Positions 10,659 through 20,802 of a stretch of 64,000 bases of DNA are shown piece after piece. This DNA comes from an uncultured Chroococcidiopsis sp. (GTDB lineage: Bacteria > Cyanobacteriota > Cyanobacteriia > Cyanobacteriales > Chroococcidiopsidaceae). The DNA lies in the NCBI GenBank assembly GCA_964248365.1, contig CAXTYC010000001.1, positions 256,001-320,000 on the forward strand, read 5' to 3'. Made by a program: the position numbers and the translations under genes. The stretch's first letter is position 1, and every line of letters begins with the position of its first letter. The notes beneath the pieces are model-generated. The model ran no database searches. It was not told where the DNA came from and saw only the letters and a program-made list of their open reading frames with translations.

Positions 10659-10700
10659 TAGCAAAAACGCCTCCTACATTTAGGAGGTATTTTTTTGCTA
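10659..10700. terminator. Intrinsic terminator-like hairpin
   Basis: TAGCAAAAAcGCCTCCTA catt TAGGAGGT ATTTTTTTGCTA. Confidence 0.65.
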
Positions 10701-10706
10701 TCTCTT

Positions 10707-10783
10707 CAGGACTTAAGCAGCCAGTCCCCCTTTAAAAAGGGTGTTAGGGGGATCGAGATCCTATTTTTAGTGCGTAACTCCTG
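10707..10783. mobile_element. MITE-like element with CAGGACTTAAGCA / TGCGTAACTCCTG ends
   Basis: Imperfect 13-bp terminal inverted repeat around a TCCCCCTT..AGGGGGA hairpin. Confidence 0.55.
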
Positions 10784-11024
10784 CCCTTTTCTAGACTCAA
10801 CCTTCCTGGTTGAAATCAGGGTTTGTTTCTAGACATTCGCTGCTTAACAAGTAACTAGGAGTGAGGAAGAAGCTGGAAATGATTCTTAACAGGCAATTAT
10901 TACCAACTAGCAAGCAAAGTCTCACCTTTGAAGGAATAGTAAACTGTAACCGCTTAATTATTATTTTAATTAATACATTAGTCGGTTGGTTTAAGTATCA
11001 CTGATTTAAAAGAGGAATATAAAA

Positions 11025-11612
11025 ATGCCTAAGCTTATTAGTAAGTTATGTTTACCCCAGTGGCACTGTTTTGAATTCACCCTAGCTAGCTTACTGTTAG
11101 TAACAAGCATCAGTAATGCTGAAGCTAAACCTACTATAACTAAAGATTTAAAATCTACAAGCTGGAATAATATATCATTGTTATCTACAAATAGCAATAC
11201 CCTTTTGAAAGGAAAACTACCAGAAAAAGACGGGCTTTATTTATATGGTCAGTCGCCAGAACCCGATCAAATTGGACAAGAATATATAGTGTTTGAAGTG
11301 CGACAGAGTAAAGTAACTGGTGCATTTTATCTGCCTTCTTCCGAGTTTAGTTGTTTCCAAGGATCGCTGAGTGCAGGAAAATTAAATTTAACAATTGCTA
11401 ATAATTCTGACTCAAATTCTGATTCCGATTCGATTGCCGACGCTCAAAACTCTGCCCAAGTAGCTACGGCTAGTAACACGCAACTTGGAGATCAATATGG
11501 GCAAATGTCATCGAGCTATTGGGTTGCATTACAAAACTATCATCAAATATCATCAATCAGCGCTAATGACAAGCAGATTTTGGCAGCTTGTAAAAATAAT
11601 TATCAAGAGTGA
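11025..11612 (+). CDS. Secreted hypothetical protein
   Basis: Signal-peptide-like N-terminus; DGLYLYGQSPEPDQIGQEY core. Confidence 0.7.
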   Translation: MPKLISKLCLPQWHCFEFTLASLLLVTSISNAEAKPTITKDLKSTSWNNISLLSTNSNTLLKGKLPEKDGLYLYGQSPEPDQIGQEYIVFEVRQSKVTGAFYLPSSEFSCFQGSLSAGKLNLTIANNSDSNSDSDSIADAQNSAQVATASNTQLGDQYGQMSSSYWVALQNYHQISSISANDKQILAACKNNYQE

Positions 11613-11671
11613 AAGTGTTAGGAAGTTGGTAATTTGTTAAGTTTAAACGAGGCGGAGCCTCTATTTTCTCG

Positions 11672-12106
11672 TTACCTGCGAAAGCGTAGTAACGAAGCTG
11701 AAATAGTTTGCCACCCATGCCCACCAAAGACGATTGTTTCTCGTTCCTCACCGACAAATTGACCGGAGTTACGCAGCGATTGAATCAAACCACCTAGCTT
11801 TTGATCTAAATCCGCAACCGCAGACAGGACAGTATCACCACTTGCTTTGTGTTTGAAATAGCAGATGATTTGCAACTGTGTTGGTTGGTTGTAAGGCGCT
11901 ACTTCCTTAACACTAATCTTGAGGTTGTTGGCAGCTATAAACGATTGCTGTAGGGGTTGCGTTTGAGTAGCCTGTGATGATGCAGCACTCTGGGCGGTGA
12001 CGCGCTGCGAAAAGATGGGCGTTGCTTGAGTTATGCCCAAAGCAGCGATCGACAATGATACCAAAGACAACTGCTTAATAACTTTCATCGAAACCTCCAA
12101 AATCAA
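11672..12106 (-). pseudogene. Probably truncated secreted protein with peptidase M17 N-terminal-like domain
   Basis: LDQKLGGLIQSLRNSGQFVGEERETIVF, then runs into a REP-like motif at 11708-11725 and stops. Confidence 0.55.
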
Positions 12107-12331
12107 TAGACTTCTTGCACTCTTCGCGGGAAAAGGTTAAAGGAAAAGCGGAAAGTGGGGGTGTTTTTAGCGAAAAGTTGGGGGGTTTTTAGCAAGGGGT
12201 CTCCCCGCCTGCCCCCCATCCCCAGAGAAAACCCCATGCCCCCCCCAAGCGAGTCAAGACAGAGACTCTGTTTCCCCCTCTCCCCCAACTTTTCAAGAGA
12301 AGGGAAGAGGGTAGAAATAATAGCTAACAGC

Positions 12332-13006
12332 TTAATATTCGATTCCTGGTTGTGCTTTTACACCTTGTTCGCGGAAGGGGTGCTTAATTAAAGTCATTTC
12401 GGTTACTAAATCAGCTCGTTCAATTAAAGCAGCAGGTGCGCCTCTACCTGTGAGAATAACGTGAGAATCTGCTGGCTTTTGTTCTAGTCGAACTAAAACA
12501 TCATTCACTTCTAAATAGCCAAGTTTGAGGGCGACATTGATTTCATCTAACAGCACCAGCTTGAAATCTGGGTTACGGATATACTCTAAGGCTTTTTGCC
12601 AAGCTTCGTTAGCTTTTTGGATATCTCGCTCTCTATCTTGGGTTTCCCAAGTGAAGCCTTCACCCATAGCTAGAAATTCTAGCTGGGATGACCAGTGACT
12701 CAGTACGGCTTTCTCGGCTGGTTCCCAAGCTCCTTTGATGAATTGGACGATCGCCACTCGATATCCATGACCGAGCGATCGCATTACCATACCTAAAGCT
12801 GCTGTAGTTTTGCCTTTGCCATTACCTGTATTAACAATAATTAAGCCTTTTTCTTGCGAAGCTTTAGTAACGCGCTCTTGCTGCACTTCCTTACGCCGCT
12901 GCATCTTTTGGCGATACTGTTCTGAGCTAAGGGAGGATGACTCCGAGACGGCTACATCACTGGTAGTTTCTAAGTCGTTCGAGTTGGGATAGGAATTAGT
13001 TTTCAT
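12332..13006 (-). CDS. cobA: Cob(I)alamin adenosyltransferase
   Basis: TGNGKGKTTAA, QFIKG, GEGFTW, ADLVTEM; ATG 13006. Confidence 0.93.
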   Translation of the reverse strand: MKTNSYPNSNDLETTSDVAVSESSSLSSEQYRQKMQRRKEVQQERVTKASQEKGLIIVNTGNGKGKTTAALGMVMRSLGHGYRVAIVQFIKGAWEPAEKAVLSHWSSQLEFLAMGEGFTWETQDRERDIQKANEAWQKALEYIRNPDFKLVLLDEINVALKLGYLEVNDVLVRLEQKPADSHVILTGRGAPAALIERADLVTEMTLIKHPFREQGVKAQPGIEY

Positions 13007-13243
13007 CAAGCGGAGAAAAGACAACAATAAGAGCCATATTCTATTAGCATACTTTTGATGACTCCCCACTCGTTACCCCAGACAATTCAAAAGCCAGCAA
13101 CGCTTGCCACTTAAACACCAGACTTCTTGCATCAGGAGCTTAGCGCGCTCCTTTTTGCGTCCTGACTTTGCGCGAAACAAAAAAAAGACGAAAACAAAAC
13201 CCTGAAACCGTTGCTGGTTCCAGGGCTTGCTATATTTTTGCTT

Positions 13244-13320
<77 letters not shown>

Positions 13321-13361
13321 TCAACTTTTCAAGTATAACAGCAAAAGTATTAAATTGACAA

Positions 13362-14315
13362 CTACAACATTGATAATTCTCCCATTACCTCTAGGCGCTT
13401 GAATTTACCCAATTCCATAAAAGTCTCAGCCAAGGTTTCAGCAACCGAAGGACTAATCCAACCCATTTGCTTCAACAGGTGAATAGCAACGGCGTATTTA
13501 GCTCGTTTGGCTCCATCCATCACTTTAATTGCCAAACCCATGCCTTCGCCCACTCTGCCAATGCACTCTACTCCTTCTGCTCCTGCTTTACTTACTAGCT
13601 CTCCTTGGGTTAAACGCATCAGTTCGGTATCAAATTGCCCATCCCCTGCTACCAAGGTTGGGTGGTAGATCATGGCGCGTAAGATCCGCTCCATATCCAA
13701 ATTACTTCCAGAGGCTAGCTGAGCATACAAGGATGCCATTTGCCCTAGTTGCATGAAATAGGTGGGAGCGCCACAATCATCATGAGCGCAGATAAATTCA
13801 TCTGCTGGCATTCGTAGCATCTCTGCTACTTTGCCTAAAATCAGTTGTTGAACTGGGTGGTTGCGCTGTAAGTAATTATGTAAAGACCAATTGCGTTGAC
13901 GACAGACAGCCAGCATCCCTGCGTGTTTGCCAGAGCAATTGTATTCCAAGGGACTGCGCTTACCTTCAGGGATTGGACATTGCAGTATCGAAGGATCAAT
14001 ATCAGCTCGCCAAAGAATGTTAAATACCTGCCGTACTTGCTCAACTTTACCTTGATGGGAGCTACAAATAATCGCTAAATCGCGATCGCTCAAATCGTAG
14101 CGTTCGAGCGTTCCACTAGTGGTGACACCCAATGCCTGAAACGGCTTGAGTGCAGAACGAACAAATGTAGCTGTTTCTGCGTTTCCAGCAACGGACAAAA
14201 CCCGTCCCCTGTCGTCACATACTACAGCCTGGACTTGATGCTTTGATTCAACGATACCTTCGCGCAGCAACCTGACTTCGAGTTCTGCGGCTTGAGTTCT
14301 TTTTCCCCTTGTCAT
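13362..14315 (-). CDS. L-asparaginase II family protein
   Basis: RSALKPFQ, NCSGKHAGM, DDCGAP, SKAGAEG. Confidence 0.9.
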   Translation of the reverse strand: MTRGKRTQAAELEVRLLREGIVESKHQVQAVVCDDRGRVLSVAGNAETATFVRSALKPFQALGVTTSGTLERYDLSDRDLAIICSSHQGKVEQVRQVFNILWRADIDPSILQCPIPEGKRSPLEYNCSGKHAGMLAVCRQRNWSLHNYLQRNHPVQQLILGKVAEMLRMPADEFICAHDDCGAPTYFMQLGQMASLYAQLASGSNLDMERILRAMIYHPTLVAGDGQFDTELMRLTQGELVSKAGAEGVECIGRVGEGMGLAIKVMDGAKRAKYAVAIHLLKQMGWISPSVAETLAETFMELGKFKRLEVMGELSML

Positions 14316-14523
14316 GGGTTAGACTTTATCACCTTTTTGTCATTTATTATTTGTCAATAAAAGCGATTAGCGATTAGCGATTAGCGAGTAGCTGTTAAGA
14401 GTCAACACTCAAGAGTCATTTGTCATTAGCTAAAGGACAAATAACAAACAGCGCGCGGATCGCGCAGGCTAATAGCTAATTGCTTTTAACTGTGTTAAAC
14501 CCTTGCTACAACTACTAACGCAA

Positions 14524-15024
14524 TCACAAAAAATTCCAAACTATGCCACCTGTGAGGAGCAATAAAGCTAGTAATCCTAAAGTTATTTGCAGCCGCTTGA
14601 GATAGGGTTTGACTTGGTAGTTGACAATTAGGCGATCGCGTGTTAAGAGTTCTTGTGGCTTAGTCCAATTTTGACCGTCATACCAGCCAGTCTCTTCGTA
14701 AAAGATGGTGGGACTGATCAGGCGATCGCGTACATAAGACCAACCTAAATACAGTCTGACGAGGGCTAAACTCAACCCTAAACTAGCTCCTGCTGCACCA
14801 CAAAGGAGGAACTGAGCTAGTTGTTTACCAGGAGCAAAACTTGCCGCCGCCACAGGTCCTGCTACTATCCACCATAGAACCCAAATCCAACCGATTTTCG
14901 TGCTATACTCGCGCAGATCTAAAGTTGCTGTCCGAAAAAAACCCGATGATTTTAACTGTTCGTACTCATTGAGTGGTTGTTGTTCAGCGGGAACAGGGCA
15001 AACAGAAACTGAGGACTCCATCAT
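14524..15024 (-). CDS. CGLD27/Ycf36 family membrane protein
   Basis: [23 protein letters not shown]; start overlaps rsfS stop. Confidence 0.85.
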   Translation of the reverse strand: MMESSVSVCPVPAEQQPLNEYEQLKSSGFFRTATLDLREYSTKIGWIWVLWWIVAGPVAAASFAPGKQLAQFLLCGAAGASLGLSLALVRLYLGWSYVRDRLISPTIFYEETGWYDGQNWTKPQELLTRDRLIVNYQVKPYLKRLQITLGLLALLLLTGGIVWNFL

Positions 15025-15476
15025 GTTGTTATTCTCCCATCGCCTTGGGCGGCTGGAAACTCTACTCGTTCTGCATGACCCCAAAACGCTTCTAAGTTGT
15101 AAAACTCGCGTTCTGTGGGCATCATGATGTGAACCAACACATCACCATAGTCCTGTAGCACCCAAGTTCCCTCATTTTTTCCTTCTGTCCGCAATGGACG
15201 ACGGTGGCATTCTTCTTCTACCTTTTGTTCTATGGCTTGGGTGATTGCCCTTACCTGCACTCTAGAATAGCCTGTCATCAGCACAAAGTATTCAGCCAGG
15301 TAAGACACCTCTGCTACGTGCAGCAATCTAATATCACCCGCTTTGCGGTCTGCACCTGCTTGGGCAACTGTTAGAGCTAATTGTTTACTTTCCTGTGAAC
15401 CAGAAGCAGCAAAATTAGCTTTGTTGGATGTAACGACAGATTGAGAGAGTGAATTGGCTAGGGGATAATCAGACAT
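15021..15476 (-). CDS. rsfS: Ribosome silencing factor (Iojap)
   Basis: [25 protein letters not shown]. Confidence 0.93.
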   Translation of the reverse strand: MSDYPLANSLSQSVVTSNKANFAASGSQESKQLALTVAQAGADRKAGDIRLLHVAEVSYLAEYFVLMTGYSRVQVRAITQAIEQKVEEECHRRPLRTEGKNEGTWVLQDYGDVLVHIMMPTEREFYNLEAFWGHAERVEFPAAQGDGRITT

Positions 15477-15594
15477 TAAACCTCATTTGTTTTATCTATA
15501 TGTAATTATTGTCAACTTGCTGAAGATATGCCATCAACTTTAATTCAAATTATGAATTCAAATCATTTTTTGGATATTAAGGAATATTTATTTT

Positions 15595-16230
15595 TTATGC
15601 ATTTTGTTGCATCTGTGGCTGCTTGTTCTTCACACTTTGGAGAAACCAATTCCGAGTTGCTATTGTGCGCAGGTGAATCAAACAATGGGTTTCTAGTAAG
15701 AATTTTAGAGAATAATCACAAGTGCGCCACACGGCTTGATGTAAATTTTGATAGCTCAGTTGTCGTAAAGCTTGTAATTCGGGTGTATCGCCGCGCCCAG
15801 GCTCTATGCTATCTGCTATGAAAACGATACAGCACAGTTTACTCATGCCTGGTCTGCCTAAAGTATGATTGGCGATCGCTTGCAATACTTCTTCATCCTT
15901 CACCCCGAATGTGTCTCTTGCAACAATCGCACTTACATCGGCGTGTAACAAATGAGGATGAGCAAGACTTATAGGATCTATTTCTAATCCCTCTACCCGT
16001 GCCATTTCTAGCAGAATATTTGGCTTGAAGTATTTGGCTAAATCGTGCATCAAGCCAGCTATTGCTGCTTTTTCTACATCAACGTTGTGATGGGAGGCTA
16101 ACTCTACTGCCATCTGCTCAACTCTAAGTATATGGTCGAGTCGGAGTGGTGGTACGTGTTCGGCTAGCCAGGTTAACACCTGTTCACGCTCGATGTTGTT
16201 GTACTTCAAGCTGGGTGAGAAATTTAGCAC
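15595..16230 (-). CDS. yqeK: YqeK-like HD-domain Ap4A hydrolase
   Basis: HILRV, MHDLAK, HTLG, IADSIEPGR; upstream of rsfS. Confidence 0.85.
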   Translation of the reverse strand: MLNFSPSLKYNNIEREQVLTWLAEHVPPLRLDHILRVEQMAVELASHHNVDVEKAAIAGLMHDLAKYFKPNILLEMARVEGLEIDPISLAHPHLLHADVSAIVARDTFGVKDEEVLQAIANHTLGRPGMSKLCCIVFIADSIEPGRGDTPELQALRQLSYQNLHQAVWRTCDYSLKFLLETHCLIHLRTIATRNWFLQSVKNKQPQMQQNA

Positions 16231-16535
16231 AATAGTAGTCTAATTGAGGATAAATTCCTACTGCTATTGTAGCGAAAGCGCAATCAAAGGAGCGAGGGAT
16301 GACTCTTGAGGGGCGAGTGAAGGTAGAAGTGTGAAGGTAGAAGTGTGAAGTATGAAGGAAACCCACGAAGAGCGACACTCGTCTTGGAGATCAGAATATT
16401 TAATTCTTTCCCGAGTCCCTTCAAACTTTATCCTTTATCCTTCATCCTTCTCCTAACTTCTGTCTTTTAGTTTAGTCAAAATAGAATTAACAGCCTAGAA
16501 CAAATTAGATACCATCGAGCGATCGCAACCGTTCC

Positions 16536-17333
16536 ATGACCGCCAAAAATACCCAACAGCCTACCGCACGATTAATTGAAGTCTTTTCTGCCATTCAAGG
16601 GGAAGGACTAAACGTGGGTACGCGCCAAATATTCATCCGTTTCGCCTTGTGCGATTTGCGCTGTCATTTTTGCGATAGCGCCCATACTTGGAGTGTACCA
16701 ACCACTTGTCGAGTCGAGCGAAGTCCTGGATTACGTGACTTTGAAATTCACTCCAACCCTGTACCACTAAATGTGTTACTTGAATGGGTGGAGCGGCAAA
16801 ATCTACCAGGCTTACACGACAGCATCAGTCTCACAGGCGGTGAACCACTCCTTCACGCCCCTTTCTTGATGAAATTCTTACCCCAGATCCGTCATTCAAC
16901 TGGACTACCTATTTATCTGGAAACTGGCGGTCATCGTCCAGAACAACTATTGATGATTTTACCCTACCTAGATGCTGTAGGCATGGATTTGAAGCTACCT
17001 AGCGTCAGTGGTGAAAATCGATTTCCAGAACACGCAGAATTTCTCCAGGGTTGTTATAGTGCATCAGTCAATGTTTTTGTCAAGCTAATTGTTTCTAGCC
17101 AAACTGATCCCAACCAGTTGGAACGCGCTGCCCAATTAGTAGCAGCAGTCAGCCCCGAAATTCCAGTATTTTTGCAACCAGTCACACCATTATCACCATC
17201 CCAGGAGTTTGGTGGAATACCAGTACTAGCACCAACTCCCGATCAAGTGTTAACTTGGCAAGCAGCAATGAAGCGGAAGCTCAAGCAAGTCCGTGTAGTG
17301 CCACAAACTCACAAGATGCTCAACCAACTTTGA
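16536..17333 (+). CDS. queE: Radical SAM 7-carboxy-7-deazaguanine synthase
   Basis: IQGEG, CDLRCHFCD, TGGEP, PQTHK. Confidence 0.88.
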   Translation: MTAKNTQQPTARLIEVFSAIQGEGLNVGTRQIFIRFALCDLRCHFCDSAHTWSVPTTCRVERSPGLRDFEIHSNPVPLNVLLEWVERQNLPGLHDSISLTGGEPLLHAPFLMKFLPQIRHSTGLPIYLETGGHRPEQLLMILPYLDAVGMDLKLPSVSGENRFPEHAEFLQGCYSASVNVFVKLIVSSQTDPNQLERAAQLVAAVSPEIPVFLQPVTPLSPSQEFGGIPVLAPTPDQVLTWQAAMKRKLKQVRVVPQTHKMLNQL

Positions 17334-17523
17334 AACCTACCTATAACTAATGCCTAGTGCCTTCTAATCCTTCTGATGATTAATTGGTAATTGGTAATTG
17401 GTATTTTCCCTACTCCCGAATTGGATACGGGCGGGTTGATCAGACATACTTGTGAACCTTCAGATAACTCGTTTAAACCCGCCCCTACCTACTTGCTTAC
17501 CTATTACCAATCACCGCTTTCCA

Positions 17524-18171
17524 TTACATATCATCCTGCACAGACGACGATTTTGATTTCGCTTTTGCCTTAGCTGCACTGCGTTTGAGGGCTGCTAGTC
17601 GCGCTTCGTATTTCGACCGTTGGCGTTTGTTGGGGCTTTGTTCAATCAAGGTTTTCAAGGCACTGCCAAGACTTTTGTAGGCGTTGGGGAGAGTGTAACC
17701 AAAGCGAGTAGCCAAGGCGAGTGCTTTGTCGTCTGCCTCAATTGCTGCTTTGATCTGCTTTTCCCCATTATTCTTTTGATACAGCCGATAGCCTGAAACT
17801 CCACACAATCCCAGCGCCAAGATCAACAGCAACCCATCCTGTACCCACAGTTCGCCTACAGCACCGCCCAAACCAATTGCTAGTGCCGCCATTTCCCAAC
17901 CATCTTTGGGAATAGTGTCATTTTGAATACGGGCGACTTCGTGCCAGAATAGCAAATTTCGCTGATCGAGTGCCAGCGTATCCCATTTAATTAAGTCGAT
18001 TTGGATTTCTATCTGTTCGCTACCAACTTCTTCGCAGCGGATCAGGGGAGGATTTACCTCTGTTGTGCCTTCTACTGTAACCCAGCTTTGCAGTTCTGGC
18101 GGTAGTAAGCCTTTCAACCGCCGCAATTCACTCATTTCGGCTCTAGCAGAGGAGGTTGCATAGGATGTCAT
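17524..18171 (-). CDS. DUF3318 family protein
   Basis: ELRRLKGLLPPELQSWV, LFWHEVARIQ; ATG 18171. Confidence 0.75.
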   Translation of the reverse strand: MTSYATSSARAEMSELRRLKGLLPPELQSWVTVEGTTEVNPPLIRCEEVGSEQIEIQIDLIKWDTLALDQRNLLFWHEVARIQNDTIPKDGWEMAALAIGLGGAVGELWVQDGLLLILALGLCGVSGYRLYQKNNGEKQIKAAIEADDKALALATRFGYTLPNAYKSLGSALKTLIEQSPNKRQRSKYEARLAALKRSAAKAKAKSKSSSVQDDM

Positions 18172-18505
18172 AAATCTGATTCCAACTCTTTTCAAATAAT
18201 GCTTCTATCTCTGATCTTGGAGTATAGCGAATAGAGTTGCCAGTATTTTGGGAATACTTAGTACAGACAGCCGTTGATGCTTACCCTTAGAGATGATCGT
18301 GAATTGTAATACACCGTATTTATGCGTTTATGACAAGTTTTGTAGCTAAGGATTTTGCAATATGTTTGGTTTCTCCACAGAAATTTCTGTAAAGCAGTAG
18401 CTAAGGGTTTTGCAATATATTTCGTTTCTCCACAGAAATTTCTATAAACCCGCCCCTACTTTAAATTTTTGCATATAGCTTAATAATTTAATGATGGAAT
18501 ATTAA

Positions 18506-19528
18506 ATGAATGACATTAATCAGTGCTACGAAATCCTTGGGCTTAAACCTGGTGCTTCATGGGAGGAAGTCAAGCAGGCTTACAGAGATTTGGCTATGGT
18601 TTGGCATCCAGATCGTTTCCCTGCTGACAATCCTCGCTTAAAAGAGAAGGCGCAGCAGGAACTAAAAAGAATCATTGCAGCTTATGAAGTAACCAAATCT
18701 CATCAGTTTAGTTATTCAGCAAATACTAAGTCGTCTAGTTCAGCAGATGCCAAAACTCATCAAGCTTCTCGACCAGATCATAAACCGCCTAGTTACACAG
18801 ATGCTAAAACCTATTATGAGCAGGGAATGGAGAAGGCTAAAAGAGGAAAATATAAGGAAGCGATCGCAGATTTTCTCCGCGCAATTCTGAGCAATTCCAA
18901 CTATGCCGAAGCATACAAATATCGAGGAATTGCTCACTCAAAACTTGGAGATAACCAGAAAGCAATTTCAGATTTAAAGCAAGCCGCAGATTTATATTTG
19001 AAACAAGGTAGTACAAATGATTACCAAGATGTACTAGAGTGGCTCAAAAAGCTACAACCACCTGAAGCAGAGATAGATTATTATTGTAGACTACACAAAT
19101 TACTATCAGCAGGAAAGTGGAGAGAGGCTGATCAAGAAACTCTCAATATTATGCTTAAGCTAGCTGAGCGAGAAAAAGAAGGCTGGCTTAGGGTAGAGGA
19201 CATCAAAAACTTTCCCTCTCCTCACCTCAAAACCCTCGACAAACTTTGGGTTAAATCCAGTAAAAGTCACTTCGGATTTACTGTGCAAAAGCGCATTTTG
19301 CAAATGAGTAAAAATTGCGGTCTATTTGGTTATGAAACATTTTGTGAAATCGTCGGATGGCGTAAAAAAGGTTATTTGCATCAAACAGATTGTTTGCTGT
19401 TGAAAGAACAGCATCTGACATTTTCAATGAATGCCCCTATAGGACATCTTCCTGTTAAATGCTGTGTGTTTAATCAGGCTATTTGTGTTGAGATGTTAAG
19501 TTCGATTCTCTCACATCCAGATTTGTAG
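18506..19528 (+). CDS. J-domain + TPR + GUN4-like domain protein
   Basis: WHPDR J-domain; TPR repeats; GKWREADQET..LDKLWVKSSKSHFGFTVQKRI. Confidence 0.85.
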   Translation: MNDINQCYEILGLKPGASWEEVKQAYRDLAMVWHPDRFPADNPRLKEKAQQELKRIIAAYEVTKSHQFSYSANTKSSSSADAKTHQASRPDHKPPSYTDAKTYYEQGMEKAKRGKYKEAIADFLRAILSNSNYAEAYKYRGIAHSKLGDNQKAISDLKQAADLYLKQGSTNDYQDVLEWLKKLQPPEAEIDYYCRLHKLLSAGKWREADQETLNIMLKLAEREKEGWLRVEDIKNFPSPHLKTLDKLWVKSSKSHFGFTVQKRILQMSKNCGLFGYETFCEIVGWRKKGYLHQTDCLLLKEQHLTFSMNAPIGHLPVKCCVFNQAICVEMLSSILSHPDL

Positions 19529-19731
19529 GGGCGGTTTATTCAATATTTTTCATTTCTCCAGAAAGATTCTGTAAAAACACGCCCCTACATTTGTTTCACC
19601 TGTGAACCCACCGTAATATCCCGTAAATATGCATTTATGGCGAATTGTTTTGTAGGGGCGGGTTTACAAAGATTTCTGTATAAAAACGAGAAATATCACA
19701 AAACCCGCCCCTACATTTATGCCATTTATTT

Positions 19732-20316
19732 ATGAAATACAATCCACAAAAACATCATCGTCGTTCAATTCGTCTTCAAGGATACGATTACACACAGGCA
19801 GGAGCATATTTTATTACTATTTGTACGTGGCAGCGCGAATGTTTATTCGGTAATATTATAAACAATGAAATGCAGTTAAGCCGCTATGGTGAAGCTGTGC
19901 AGTTCAATTGGCATTATTTGCCCAGACGTTATCCTCATGTTTTATTAGATGCCTTTGTTATCATGCCCAATCATGTGCATGGAATTATTTTTTTGACAGA
20001 TGACCATGTAACGAATATATCGGGTGTAGGGACGGGTTTAGAGATAATTTCCCATAGGGCAATAAATTTTTCTGGAAAACCCGCCCCTACTAGACAACAC
20101 GGTTTACCAGAAGTTATTCGTGGTTTCAAAACATTTTCAGCACGACGCATCAATCAAATTCTCTGTATGGCTGGTGTTCCTGTGTGGCAACGCAATTATT
20201 ATGAACACATCATTCGCAATGAAGAATCATTACAAAAAATTCGGCAATATATCATTAACAATCCATCGTCCTGGCAACAGGATAAATTATATTTTGATAA
20301 TTTTTCATCTCTGTAG
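19732..20316 (+). mobile_element. REP-associated tyrosine (HUH/Y1) transposase, RAYT/TnpA-REP type
   Basis: RRSIRLQGYDY, YFITICT, MPNHVHG (HUH), WQRNYYEHIIR, YIINNP; flanked by GTAG hairpins. Confidence 0.9.
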
Positions 20317-20802
20317 GGGGCGGGTTTACAGATATTTTTGTGGAGAAGCAAAATATCTTACAAAACCCGCCCCTACCTATGTCTGAAATTTTTGTGAACC
20401 TGTAGGGGAAGGTTTTTCAAGATCAGCCTGGAAAATATAATATTGAGGCTCAGGCGAGGTTTTATACTGGTGCAAGCTCTGATATTACAAAAATCCAAAA
20501 CTATATTATTAACAACCTACTCTTCTGATAACAGGATGAATTACATCCAGATTATTCCTTAAGTTTTTTATAATTTATTTTGCTATCTCAACAAACTAAT
20601 TTTAAATAATTCTAAAGCTTAAAGTTGCTAAACTTACTTTGAAGTATATTTTTTTTGATTTTAGGTATTTAATTTTAGTTATAGTAATAATACTGATTAG
20701 CTAAACCTACATACAATAACTTTATGATACCTTTAGCGACTCTTACTGATGATAATAATAAGCTTTTATTAGAATGAATGACATTGGGATAATTTAAATT
20801 TT

